Part shown: piece after piece, positions 31,039 to 39,885 of the stretch
How the letters are laid out: each line of letters begins with the position of its first letter
Numbering within the stretch: position 1 is the first letter of the stretch
Assembly (NCBI GenBank): GCA_963664435.2
Contig: CAXXKM010000002.1
Coordinates: forward strand, 736,001 to 800,000
DNA: 64,000 nt
DNA from: Longimicrobiales bacterium
Lineage (GTDB): Bacteria > Gemmatimonadota > Gemmatimonadetes > Longimicrobiales > Gaopeijiaceae
Direction: 5' to 3'
The notes under the pieces: model-generated
Told to the model about the DNA's origin: nothing
The model's database searches: none
The model's input: only the letters and a program-made list of their open reading frames with translations
Made by a program: the position numbers and the translations under genes

Positions 31039-31602
31039 GTGATCGTCTTCGGCTCCACCCCGATCGTCAAACGAGCCGAACCGCGGCGGATCTTGGCAAG
31101 CAGTGCTCATTTCTGGCTGTCGTTGGCGTGCCTGGCCGTGTTGCCATGGCAGGTTCAGGCGCAGGAGGCACCGGGCCGTTTCATGCTCGAAGCCGGACTC
31201 GCCGGGGACACCAGACAGTGTCCCGGACACTACGTCGGCATCAACGCGCGGGTCGCGGGGCCGGTGTCGCTGTACGGGATGGTGGAGAACTACCGGTGCT
31301 CCGAGCGGACCGAAGAAGTCGACATCCTGGGCGACGCCATCAGCGCGACCCGCATCTACCCTCGTCGGGTCGCGTCGGACATTCGGTTCGGCGCGGAGGT
31401 TTTGCTCGGACGTGCCAGTTGGCTTGTTCGTCCCGCGTTGCGAGCGGGGATCCTGTATGGCAGCGGGGACTACTTTGGGCCGACCGGCGGTGCGAGTCTG
31501 ACCTTCGGACGGCGCTACGGGGCGCGCTTCATCCTCCACGTCGAGGAGTGCGGCAGCACAGCCTGTGAGCGCTTCCAGATGGGCGGATACGTCTCGTTCT
31601 GA
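31039..31602 (+). CDS. Hypothetical secreted, beta-strand-rich protein (element cargo)
   Basis: GGAGAGG before GTG at 31039, signal-like segment ending VQAQ, C-terminal YVSF. Confidence 0.55.
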   Translation: MIVFGSTPIVKRAEPRRILASSAHFWLSLACLAVLPWQVQAQEAPGRFMLEAGLAGDTRQCPGHYVGINARVAGPVSLYGMVENYRCSERTEEVDILGDAISATRIYPRRVASDIRFGAEVLLGRASWLVRPALRAGILYGSGDYFGPTGGASLTFGRRYGARFILHVEECGSTACERFQMGGYVSF

Positions 31603-31726
31603 GCTCCCCGGGGGGAAACGATCTCGCGGGCCAGAGAGCGGGGACCGGGACCTAACCTTGACGTGAAGCGTGACTTACACGCTTGGTCGATTGCGAGCGC
31701 GTTCCGGAAAGAGACCGACCGTCTTG

Positions 31727-32317
31727 CTACAACCTGCTGATGACGGTGGTAAGGAGAGCATGGGTGATGGGGAGGGCCCAGAACGCGGTGGAATCGTCCA
31801 GCCCGGACGCTTCCCCCAGATAGAAGAGCCCAAGGCCGAGGCCGACACCCGCTGCCGAACCGAGCAAGCCCCGGCTGAACCGAGCCCCCATGATGCTTGC
31901 GACCGCTGGTGGTCCCGCAACCATGGTCGCCGTGCCCAACAGCAGCCTGCCCGTACAATCACTGGTGCTGCCAAAGCAGTTCAGAAAACCATAGAAAAAC
32001 GCGGCTTCCGACAAGGCAACGGCGCCGAGCGTCGGCCAGAAGACCCTGTGGAAGGACGGTGCCTGGGCGGAGTCAGGGTCCGCCCGATCTCCGACATGGG
32101 GACCGGGCAACAAGGCCAGCTCGACGATCGTGAGCCCCTCGACATTGCTCGTCGTATAGAACGGACTCCGCCGCGCTTCGGTCATCGCCGCGCTGAGCGG
32201 CGCTGGTTTCATGGGTGGCGGCGCGGCTTGTGCGCCCGCGCCGACCGGGAAGGCCACGGATGCGGCCAGCATGAGGCTCGGCGCGAGGGCGTGCGCGATT
32301 CGCGGTTTCGTGATCAT
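31727..32317 (-). CDS. Hypothetical membrane protein with signal peptide (element cargo)
   Basis: MITKPRIAHALAPSLMLAASVAFPVGAGAQ followed by several hydrophobic helices. Confidence 0.55.
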   Translation of the reverse strand: MITKPRIAHALAPSLMLAASVAFPVGAGAQAAPPPMKPAPLSAAMTEARRSPFYTTSNVEGLTIVELALLPGPHVGDRADPDSAQAPSFHRVFWPTLGAVALSEAAFFYGFLNCFGSTSDCTGRLLLGTATMVAGPPAVASIMGARFSRGLLGSAAGVGLGLGLFYLGEASGLDDSTAFWALPITHALLTTVISRL

Positions 32318-32854
32318 TGCCCAACTCCTGTTCGATGGCACTCTGGCGCAACCCTCCGGCGGCACACCGGGTGACACCTGCTCGCGAACGGCGGTCGCAA
32401 GGGCCGAGTTTCCAGAACTCCCCCGTTGAAAGGGCGGTTGCTCGTGGGACGTGAGGGCCGATCCCCGCGCGGCGGCGCCAATCTCATCCGCCAGCGGAGC
32501 GGCCCACGCGAGTACCTCGTCCGGTAAGGTGTCGTCAAAGGTACGTGTATTGACGTGTCGTCGCCTCCGCGACGGCTCAGAGGCCGTTTTCGGCCGATCA
32601 GAGAGCTTTTCGGGTAACGTACGGGCCGCAGAATCGCTTGAGACCGACGATCTCGGGTTCCCGGGGGGTAAGGGTAGGGTGGAACGCGGTCTCGCGGGAG
32701 GGCGCGCCACCGTCGTCGCCAAGGGTGAGGTGGTCGCTTTCCGCCTCGCCGTCCGGGAGGCCCTCGACCAGAGGCCGGGGGTGGTTGCCCGCGACGGCCC
32801 AGTGGGCGGTTCTGGACGGTGCCCTTCGAGGCGGTTTCGGCGGCTCCGCCAAGG

Positions 32855-32946
32855 GCTGGCTCACGCACGGTAAGAGCGTGAGCCAGCACACGCCGTGTTG
32901 AACACGGCGGCTGGCGAGGGGGTGCTGCGCCCCCTTCGACCCCAGC
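32855..32946 (-). other. oriT-like inverted-repeat cassette 1
   Basis: 12-bp IR (32855-66/32876-87), 9-bp IR (32891-99/32901-09), and on the minus strand GGGGTCGAAGGGGGCGCAGCACCCCC followed by GCCAG-IR-CTGGC. Confidence 0.35.
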
Positions 32947-33093
32947 TTCCCGCGCCGATGTCGGAGCATCGGGTAACGGGCGGGGTGGAGCCGGCCCCCG
33001 GGCCGTCGTGAACCCTTGCGACGTGGTATCTTCCTTGAATCGCCGGAAGGCAGCCTCAACGCCGATGGCGGGCCGATTCGCTGGGGAAAGCAC

Positions 33094-36000
33094 GATGGCC
33101 GGACCGAACAAGAAGCTGGTTGGCGCCGTGGAAGCGTATTTCGCCGATCTCGGGCGTGTGCGCGCTTCCGGCGGCGCGACGGGTGAGCGCTCCTACTATC
33201 CGGCGCTGGAGGGCTTGTTGCGCGCGGTCGGAGCCACGCTCAAGCCCAAGGTGTTCTGCGTTCAGGAACTGGCGGATCAGGGGGCCGGCCATCCCGATTT
33301 CGCCCTGTACACGGCGAGGCAGGTTCAGAAGGGCCGTCCGAGGCCGGGGCAGGTTCCCGAGCGTGGCGTCATCGAGGTCAAGGGCGTCGGCGACGATGCT
33401 TGGCTCACGGCGATATCCGATCAGGTGAGCCGCTATTGGGACCGCTACCGTTTGGTGCTGGTCACGAATCTTCGGGACTTCGTCTTGGTGGGCGCGGATG
33501 GTGGGGGAGGCCCCGTCAAGCTCGAAGCCTTCCGACTGGCCGAGGATGCCGACGACTTCTGGCGCAAGGTGGAGACACCCCGCGCCTTCGCTGGCGAGGT
33601 TGGCGCGGGTCTCGGCGAGTATCTGGCCCGGGGGCTCGCGCACCGGGCCGCACTGGCCGAGCCGAAGGACTTGGCGTGGCTGTTGGCTTCCTACGCCCGC
33701 GACGGCTTGGCTCGCGTCGAGGCGGCGGGGGACACGCCGTCGCTCGTGACCGTCCGGTCGGCGCTTGAGGAAGCGCTCGGGATTCGCTTCAAGGGCCAGC
33801 GCGGTGATCGCTTCTTCCGGTCCACGTTGATCCAGACGCTGTTCTATGGCGTCTTCTCCGCATGGGTGCTGTGGTCCCGCGAAGAGGCGAAGAAGAACGG
33901 CCCGCTGTTTGAGGGCCATTACAGCCCTCAGCGGTTCAGGTGGCGCGAGGCAGCTTGGCACCTGCGGGCGCCAGTGCTCCGAGCGCTGTTTCGGCAGTTG
34001 TCCGACCCGGGCGGGTTGCAGTCCCTCGGCCTTGTCGAGGTGCTGGACTGGACATCGGCGGCGCTCGACCGGGTGGACCGGACGGCGTTCTTCTCGCGCT
34101 TCGACGAGGGCGAGGCGGTGCCGTACTTCTACGAGCCGTTCCTCGAAGCGTTCGACCCGGGCCTCCGCAAGCAGTTGGGCGTGTGGTACACGCCGACCGA
34201 GGTGGTCCGCTACATGGTGGCGCGGGTGGACAAGGCGCTTAAGGACGATCTCGGGATCCCGGCGGGGCTCGCGGCCGAGAACGTCTACGTGCTGGACCCG
34301 TGCTGCGGAACGGGGGCGTATCTGGCGGAAGTGTTCCGCCGAATCGCCGACAATCTCGGGGAGCAGGGTCTCGGGGCGCTCGCGGGCGCGGCGGTCCGGA
34401 GGGCGGCAACCGAGCGGGTGTTCGGGTTCGAGATCATGCCCGCGCCGTTCGTGGTGGCGCATTTGCAGGTCGGCCTCACCATGCAGGATTTGGGTGCGCC
34501 GCTGGCGGAGGACGGATCGGAGCGCGCCGGAGTGTTTCTTACCAACGCGCTGACGGGCTGGGAGCCGCGAACGAACAAACCGCTCCCCTTCCCGGCGCTC
34601 GAGGAAGAGCGCGACCTTGCGGAAGCCGTGAAGCAGGACATCCCGATATTGGTGATCCTGGGCAACCCGCCCTACAACGGGTATGCGGGCATGGCGGTGG
34701 ACGAGGAGCGCGAACTCTCGGAAGCCTACCGCACGGTTAAGCGCGTTCGGAAGCCCGAAGGCCAAGGCCTGAACGATCTCTACGTCCGATTCTTCCGCAT
34801 GGCGGAGCGGCGCATCGCGAAGGAGACCGGCCAAGGCGTGGTCTGCTTCATCTCCAACTACTCGTGGCTCGATGGGCTGTCCTTCACCGGGATGCGGGAG
34901 CGCTACATCGAAGCGTTCGACGAGATCCGGATCGACTGTCTGAACGGCGACAAGTACAAGACCGGCAAGGTCGCGCCGGACGGCTCGCCCGACCCGAGCA
35001 TCTTCTCCACGGAAGGAGATCCGGTTGGCATTCAAGTGGGCACGGCCATCGCGACGCTGGTGCGAAAGAGGGACCATGAACCCGCTGAATCGCTGGGGTT
35101 CCGGCACTTGTGGGGACAGGCTAAACCGGAGGAGTTGATCGCCACGGCGGAGGCGGAGCCGAACGCGCTGTACTCCGAGGTTACACCATTGCTGCCGCTG
35201 GGCCTTCCCTTTGCGGAGACGGCGGTGAGCCCCGACTGGTTCGACTGGCCCGCGCTGCCCGAGCTGTTCCCTGTCTCGTTTCCGGGCGTCAAGACGAGCC
35301 GCGACGGGTTCCTTGTGGACACCGACCTCGACCCCCTCCGGGACCGTGTTGGCGAATACTTCGACTCGGCTCTGAGGCATGAGGACATCGGGCGGCGGTA
35401 TCCAAGGGTCATGAAGTCCACAGCGCGGTTCGATGCGCGCGCGGTGCGCGATGCGCTCTTGAGGCGCGGCGGGCCGGACGAGTCGGGATTCATGCGCTTT
35501 GCCTATCGGCCGTTCGACAATCGGTGGCTCTACTGGGAGAAGGATACGAAGCTGCTCGACGAGAAGCGTGCCGACTACCGTCCCCATGTGTTCGAGGGGA
35601 ACCGATTCTTGGTGGCCCAGAAGAAGCCGCGCCGGGAATGGTCACCGCCCCAAGTCATCTCGCCGCTCGGTTGCCTCGATTTGATGGATCGCGGGGCCAC
35701 TTGCGTCCCGGTTTGGCTTCGCGAGGAAGGCTTGGGCGCGGCGACCGGCACCGAACGCCGGCCCAACCTGTCGGGAGCGGCGCAAGGGTATCTTGCCCGC
35801 CACGGTCTCGGTGTCGAGGACCTGTTCCACCACGTACTGGCCACCCTTCACGATCCAGCGTATCGAGAAGTCAACGCGGGAGCGCTGCGCATGGAATGGC
35901 CGCGCATTCCGCTGCCCGGCTGGCCGGACGGCAAGTCCGAAGGAGTGGCGGAAGCAATCGCCCGGTCAGCGGCACGAGGCCGCACGATTGCCGCACTGCT

Positions 36001-36462
36001 CGATTCGGACCGACTGGTGTCAAGCGGAGCGGGGACCGACTTGCGCCCCGAAGTCGCCGTGCCGAGCACGGTCGCGGGGCGGAGGACGATTTCGCCGTGA
36101 GTGCGGGCTGGGGCCACTTTGGCACGGGCGACGCCGTGATGCCCGGCCGGGGCCGCATCGTCGAGCGTGCCTATCGACCCGAGGAGCGCGCAGCTTTGGC
36201 GGCACGCATCGCCGTACTCGGTGAGACCACCTTCGATGTCTACCTGAACGGGGAGGCGTACTGGCGCAACGTCCCCTCCGCCGTCTGGGACTACCGGCTC
36301 GGCGGCTATCAAGTGCTCAAGAAGTGGCTTTCGTATCGAGAGCGCGCGGTCTTGGGCCGAAGGCTTCACGCCGAGGAAGTTCAGCACTTCACCGACACGG
36401 CGCGCCGAATCGGCGCGTTGCTGCTGGCCACATCCGGCGAACCCGAGAGGAGTTCACAATGA
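33094..36462 (+). pseudogene. Single-chain restriction-modification enzyme (type IIG/ISP-like: PD-(D/E)xK nuclease + N6-adenine MTase + TRD), frameshifted near 36080
   Basis: HPDF...IEVK, FYEPFL..FD...R...GVWYTP, motif I LDPCCGTG, motif IV GNPPY, YRPFD. The frame ends at 36100; the C-terminal part (AGWGHFG...VWDYRLGGYQVLKKWLSYRE) continues in the -1 frame to 36462. Confidence 0.82.
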
Positions 36463-36671
36463 CCGAGAAGCTCATCGACCGAAACCCCGATGTCTTGGGC
36501 GGTACGCCCGTGTTCTCGGGGACCAGGGTTCCCGTGCGCATCCTGATGGAGCACCTCGAAGCGGGCGACCGTCTCGACGACTTTCTGGACGACTACCCCA
36601 CGGTGACGAGGGAGCAGGCCGTCGCGCTGCTCGAACGGGCCACGGTGCAACTGGTCGGCGATGCCCGATGA
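36459..36671 (+). CDS. DUF433 family antitoxin
   Basis: DPDVLGGTPVFSGTRVPV-like motif (NPDVLGGTPVFSGTRVPV), FLDDYPTV..EQ. Confidence 0.88.
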   Translation: MTEKLIDRNPDVLGGTPVFSGTRVPVRILMEHLEAGDRLDDFLDDYPTVTREQAVALLERATVQLVGDAR

Positions 36672-36994
36672 AGGTGTTGCTCGACGAATCCGTTCCAAGG
36701 CGACTCGCGGCGGAGTTTCCCGATTCGTTCGGAACGCGCACGGTCCAGGAAATGGGTTGGGCCGGGTGCACGAACGGTGAGTTGCTGCGACTCGTGGCTG
36801 AACATCGATTCGGTGTTCTTGTCACGGTGGACCAAGGGTTCGCGTTTCAGCAGAGCATCCGGGACCTTCCGATCCCCGTCGTCATCATGATCGCCGGTCG
36901 CACCCGATTGCAGGAATTGCGCCCCCTCGTACCGGAAGTGATCGCCGTTCTCTCGGGCAATCCCGGTCGGAGGATCCACCGTGTCGTGGCCTAA
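36668..36994 (+). CDS. DUF5615/PIN-like toxin
   Basis: MKVLLDES.P..L...TV.EMGW.G..NGELL...LVTVD; ATGA overlap with the DUF433 gene. Confidence 0.82.
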   Translation: MKVLLDESVPRRLAAEFPDSFGTRTVQEMGWAGCTNGELLRLVAEHRFGVLVTVDQGFAFQQSIRDLPIPVVIMIAGRTRLQELRPLVPEVIAVLSGNPGRRIHRVVA

Positions 36995-37089
36995 GAGATC
37001 TTGCCCACGGGGGCCGGCACCCGTCGAGTCCGGCAAGTCGGCGGTGTCGCGGGTTCGTCGCTTACGGCAATGGAGACTGTCCAGCGACA

Positions 37090-37833
37090 TTGACGCTGCC
37101 CGACCGCTCTTCGAGTTTTCCCGATAGGGCAATTCCCGACTTCACCGCGTCCATCCGGGACGCACTTGGCCTCGAAAGGGTAACCACATGCAACTTGCAT
37201 GATGCCGTCATGCAGTACATGGAGCGCGAACTGAAGAAGGACTCCGGTGTGAAGAACGCCACCTTGTTCACCGGTGCCCGCGAGATCGACGAGTCGGTCG
37301 GGGAGCTCACCCTGCAACAGTTTCACGCCAAGTATCGGCTACCGGCGACCCGGCGGATAGCGCCACGAAAGCAGCCCGCACGGCAGCAGAAGCCGGTCCC
37401 GGCACCCGACCCCGCGCCCGCGGCATCCGGCGACGGTGGCACCGTCATGGAGTACGTGGAGCGGACGCTCGAAGCAAACCCCAACGTCGCGAACGCGGAC
37501 CTGTTCGCGGGTGCCCGCGAGATCGACCCCTCCATCGCGGAACTCTCAGGCCGACAGTTCCACGCGAAGTATCCCCTGCAAGTGAAGGCGCGGCTCGCAA
37601 GGGCCGCCGCTCCCGAGCCCGAGACGCCCTCGGCGCCGGAGGTCCCAACGTCCGAGGAGCCCACCGCCCCGCAGGCACCGTCGGCGGTGGCGGGCGACCC
37701 GCTCGCGGTTCGCCGCCTGTTGCTCGATCTGGCCAAGGAACTCGCGAACGCGGAGAGCAAGGCGGAGGTGATCGAGGTCATGGCCCGGCTGGACGACTAT
37801 GTGGCCAAGATCATGGAGGCGGCACAGGGCTGA
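37090..37833 (+). CDS. Hypothetical protein with two tandem ~45-aa domains
   Basis: VMQYMERELKKDSGVKNATLFTGAREIDESVGELTLQQFHAKY and VMEYVERTLEANPNVANADLFAGAREIDPSIAELSGRQFHAKY. The true start is probably 37195-37210. Confidence 0.7.
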   Translation: MTLPDRSSSFPDRAIPDFTASIRDALGLERVTTCNLHDAVMQYMERELKKDSGVKNATLFTGAREIDESVGELTLQQFHAKYRLPATRRIAPRKQPARQQKPVPAPDPAPAASGDGGTVMEYVERTLEANPNVANADLFAGAREIDPSIAELSGRQFHAKYPLQVKARLARAAAPEPETPSAPEVPTSEEPTAPQAPSAVAGDPLAVRRLLLDLAKELANAESKAEVIEVMARLDDYVAKIMEAAQG

Positions 37834-37987
37834 GTCGTCCGCGAGCCTCGGCAGCCGGACATCGGCTTCGAGGGCCGCGAGGGTGCGGCCGTGACGCGCA
37901 CGGGTTGCGCGGCTCCGGCGTCCGGCCTCGGGCTTCCGGGGACGGACCATTGCGGGCGGCCCTCCTCGGGCCGCGCGGATGCCGCTC

Positions 37988-38047
37988 GGGGGTTCGGGGG
38001 TTTCCCCCGGCCAGAGGTTTTCGTGAAACGAAAACACATCTGGCTCC
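37988..38047 (+). other. oriT-like inverted-repeat cassette 2
   Basis: GGGGGTTCGGGGGTTTCCCCCG, then GCCAGA-GTTTTCGT-gaa-ACGAAAAC-ACATCTGGC. Confidence 0.4.
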
Positions 38048-38188
38048 ACGGTAACCCGCAGAAACGAACGGCCCAGGACGCGCCTCACGCGGAAGCGGCC
38101 CGGGCCGCCAACTCTGGACGACGCGCCCGCGCGGCGCGAGGTTTCAAACACGCAGATCGTGCAGTCCATCATTCGGAGGTATCGAACG

Positions 38189-39349
38189 ATGGTACGCACG
38201 AAACGAAACCGGCGCTCCTACGGCGCCGGAGAATGGGGCCGCAACAGAGTCAGGGTGTTCCCGGACCCGAAAACCGGCCTGTTCCAGATTGAGTGGCGCG
38301 AGAACGGTCGAAGGCTGACCCGGTCGCTTGGGCACCGCGAGTGGACTCGCGCCAAGCGGCAGGCGGACGAGTTCGCCGCCGGGTTCGTTGGACCCGAGAT
38401 CGGGGGCAAGGCGAAAGCCGAGCCCGACCCGCTCACGCTGGAGATGCTCTTTGACATCTACGGTGAGGAGGTGACGCCCACGAAGACGGAGCGGGTCCGG
38501 CACCGGGACAGAATCGGGACGAGGATGTTCCTCGACCTCCTCGGGCGGGATCGAAGGCCCGAGACGTTGTCGCAGAGGGACTGGGACCGCTTCATCCGGG
38601 AGCGCCGGGCGGGCAGGATCGGACCGAGCGGGAAACCCGTGTCCAACCGGACCATCGAGTTGGACCTGAAGTTCCTGCTCGCGGTGCTCAACTGGGCGAC
38701 GAAGTCCAGAGACGAGGAAGGCCGCATGTTGCTCGACAGAAACCCGCTGAGGGGCCTGACGACGCCCAAGGAGAAGAACCCCGCCCGGGTCGTCCTCTCC
38801 GAGGAGGAGTACCAGGCGATGCTCGGGGTATCCCGGCAGGTCGATTGGCGGTTCCACGTCGCGTTCGTGCTCGCCCACGAAACCGGCCACCGGATCGGGG
38901 CCATCCGCAACCTTCGGTGGGGGGACATCGATTTCGAGGGCCGTGAGGTGAGGTGGCGCGCCGAGCACGAGAAGACCGGCTACGAGCACGTCACGCCGAT
39001 GACGGACGAGGCGGTCGCGGTGTTGCAAGAGGCGGGCGTGATGGGCACCGAGGCCGGCAATGCCCCGGTGCTGCCCTCGTCGAGGGACGCCACGCGGTCG
39101 GTGGACCGCTCTTCCGTCTTTCATTGGTGGAGCAAGGCCGAAACGCTCGCGGGACTGGAGCCGAAACCGCGGCGGGGCTGGCACTCGCTGAGGCGCAAGT
39201 TCGCCAGCGACCTGATGGACCTGCCGCTCAAGGTGCTCTGCGAGCTTGGCGGCTGGCGGGATGCCCAGACGGTGCTCAGGTGCTACCAGAGGCCGAGCGC
39301 TGGACAACTCAGGACGGCACTGGAAGGCCGCAGTAGGGTGCGCGGCTGA
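38189..39349 (+). CDS. Tyrosine recombinase/integrase
   Basis: GGAGGT RBS; catalytic R (ETGHRIG), K (HEKTG), HxxR (WHSLRR), W (LGGW), Y (RCYQ). Confidence 0.92.
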   Translation: MVRTKRNRRSYGAGEWGRNRVRVFPDPKTGLFQIEWRENGRRLTRSLGHREWTRAKRQADEFAAGFVGPEIGGKAKAEPDPLTLEMLFDIYGEEVTPTKTERVRHRDRIGTRMFLDLLGRDRRPETLSQRDWDRFIRERRAGRIGPSGKPVSNRTIELDLKFLLAVLNWATKSRDEEGRMLLDRNPLRGLTTPKEKNPARVVLSEEEYQAMLGVSRQVDWRFHVAFVLAHETGHRIGAIRNLRWGDIDFEGREVRWRAEHEKTGYEHVTPMTDEAVAVLQEAGVMGTEAGNAPVLPSSRDATRSVDRSSVFHWWSKAETLAGLEPKPRRGWHSLRRKFASDLMDLPLKVLCELGGWRDAQTVLRCYQRPSAGQLRTALEGRSRVRG

Positions 39350-39443
39350 AATCCGGACCAGCGGGAATCATTCGGCGGGAATCCGGCCCACGAAACTCCT
39401 AAGGCCATCGGGTGCAATCAGTTGTAAACCCGATGCATCTTGT

Positions 39444-39454
39444 CGCCTCGGCGG
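39444..39454. repeat. Right att core direct repeat CGCCTCGGCGG
   Basis: Identical to 30287-30297, 95 bp after the integrase stop. Confidence 0.85.
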
Positions 39455-39698
39455 GCGTCACGCCCAGCACCGGCCCGATGCCGTAGAAGACGATCGCGGC
39501 GGGGACGATGTGGGAGAGGCGGGCGAAAACCTTGCGCTCGATGACGCGGTCGTCCCACGAGGAACGCGTCCGGGCCGCGACCCGCCGGATCGCGCCGTGA
39601 ACGATCCGGGTGGTCACCCAGTCGACGATCCACGCGCCGGCGACGAGGATCACGAGCCCGGCGACCAGGCTCAGCCAGTTGTCGGGTAGGAATGGCAT
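39444..39698 (-). pseudogene. MscS/YbdG channel, 5' portion (85 codons) of the interrupted gene
   Basis: TM helix, then RT...WDD......VF.RLSH.VPA, typical of YbdG N-termini. It reads into the element and stops at 39399. Confidence 0.85.
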
Positions 39699-39725
39699 TG
39701 GTTCGGTTTTCGGCTCCCGCGCGTT

Positions 39726-39788
39726 CTAGATCTTCCTGCGCAGCCAGTCCAGGACGAGGCGCAGGGCGTACCTGAGAATCCGGATCAT
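39726..39788 (-). CDS. Putative 20-aa amphipathic cationic peptide MIRILRYALRLVLDWLRRKI
   Basis: ATG at 39788 with AAGGA upstream, TAG at 39726, GC3-rich codons. Confidence 0.4.
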   Translation of the reverse strand: MIRILRYALRLVLDWLRRKI

Positions 39789-39885
39789 GGCGGGGCCGTC
39801 CTTGTTGGGTTGTCGGGCATCGGCTGGCGGATGCCGGCATCACGATAAGGACGTGTACGGGAAGAGGGGGGTCAAGGGTTTGGCG

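Larger units (their letters stand above)
30287..39454. mobile_element. Tyrosine-integrase integrative element (~9.16 kb) inserted within the mscS/ybdG gene
   Basis: Bounded by an 11-bp direct repeat, integrase next to the right end, RM/TA cargo, and the two mscS halves rejoin in frame across the repeat. Confidence 0.9.

Noticed and set aside
30463..31539. 358-aa minus-strand ORF in the element
   Set aside because: Largely antisense to the 31039-31602 gene, overlaps the hairpins, and has no recognisable motif.
36070..36100. Programmed frameshift or phase variation in the RM gene
   Set aside because: No slippery heptamer and only a G4 run; a simple deletion or sequencing error is more likely.
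30287..39454. Prophage or self-conjugative ICE
   Set aside because: No structural, replication, relaxase or type IV secretion genes recognised.
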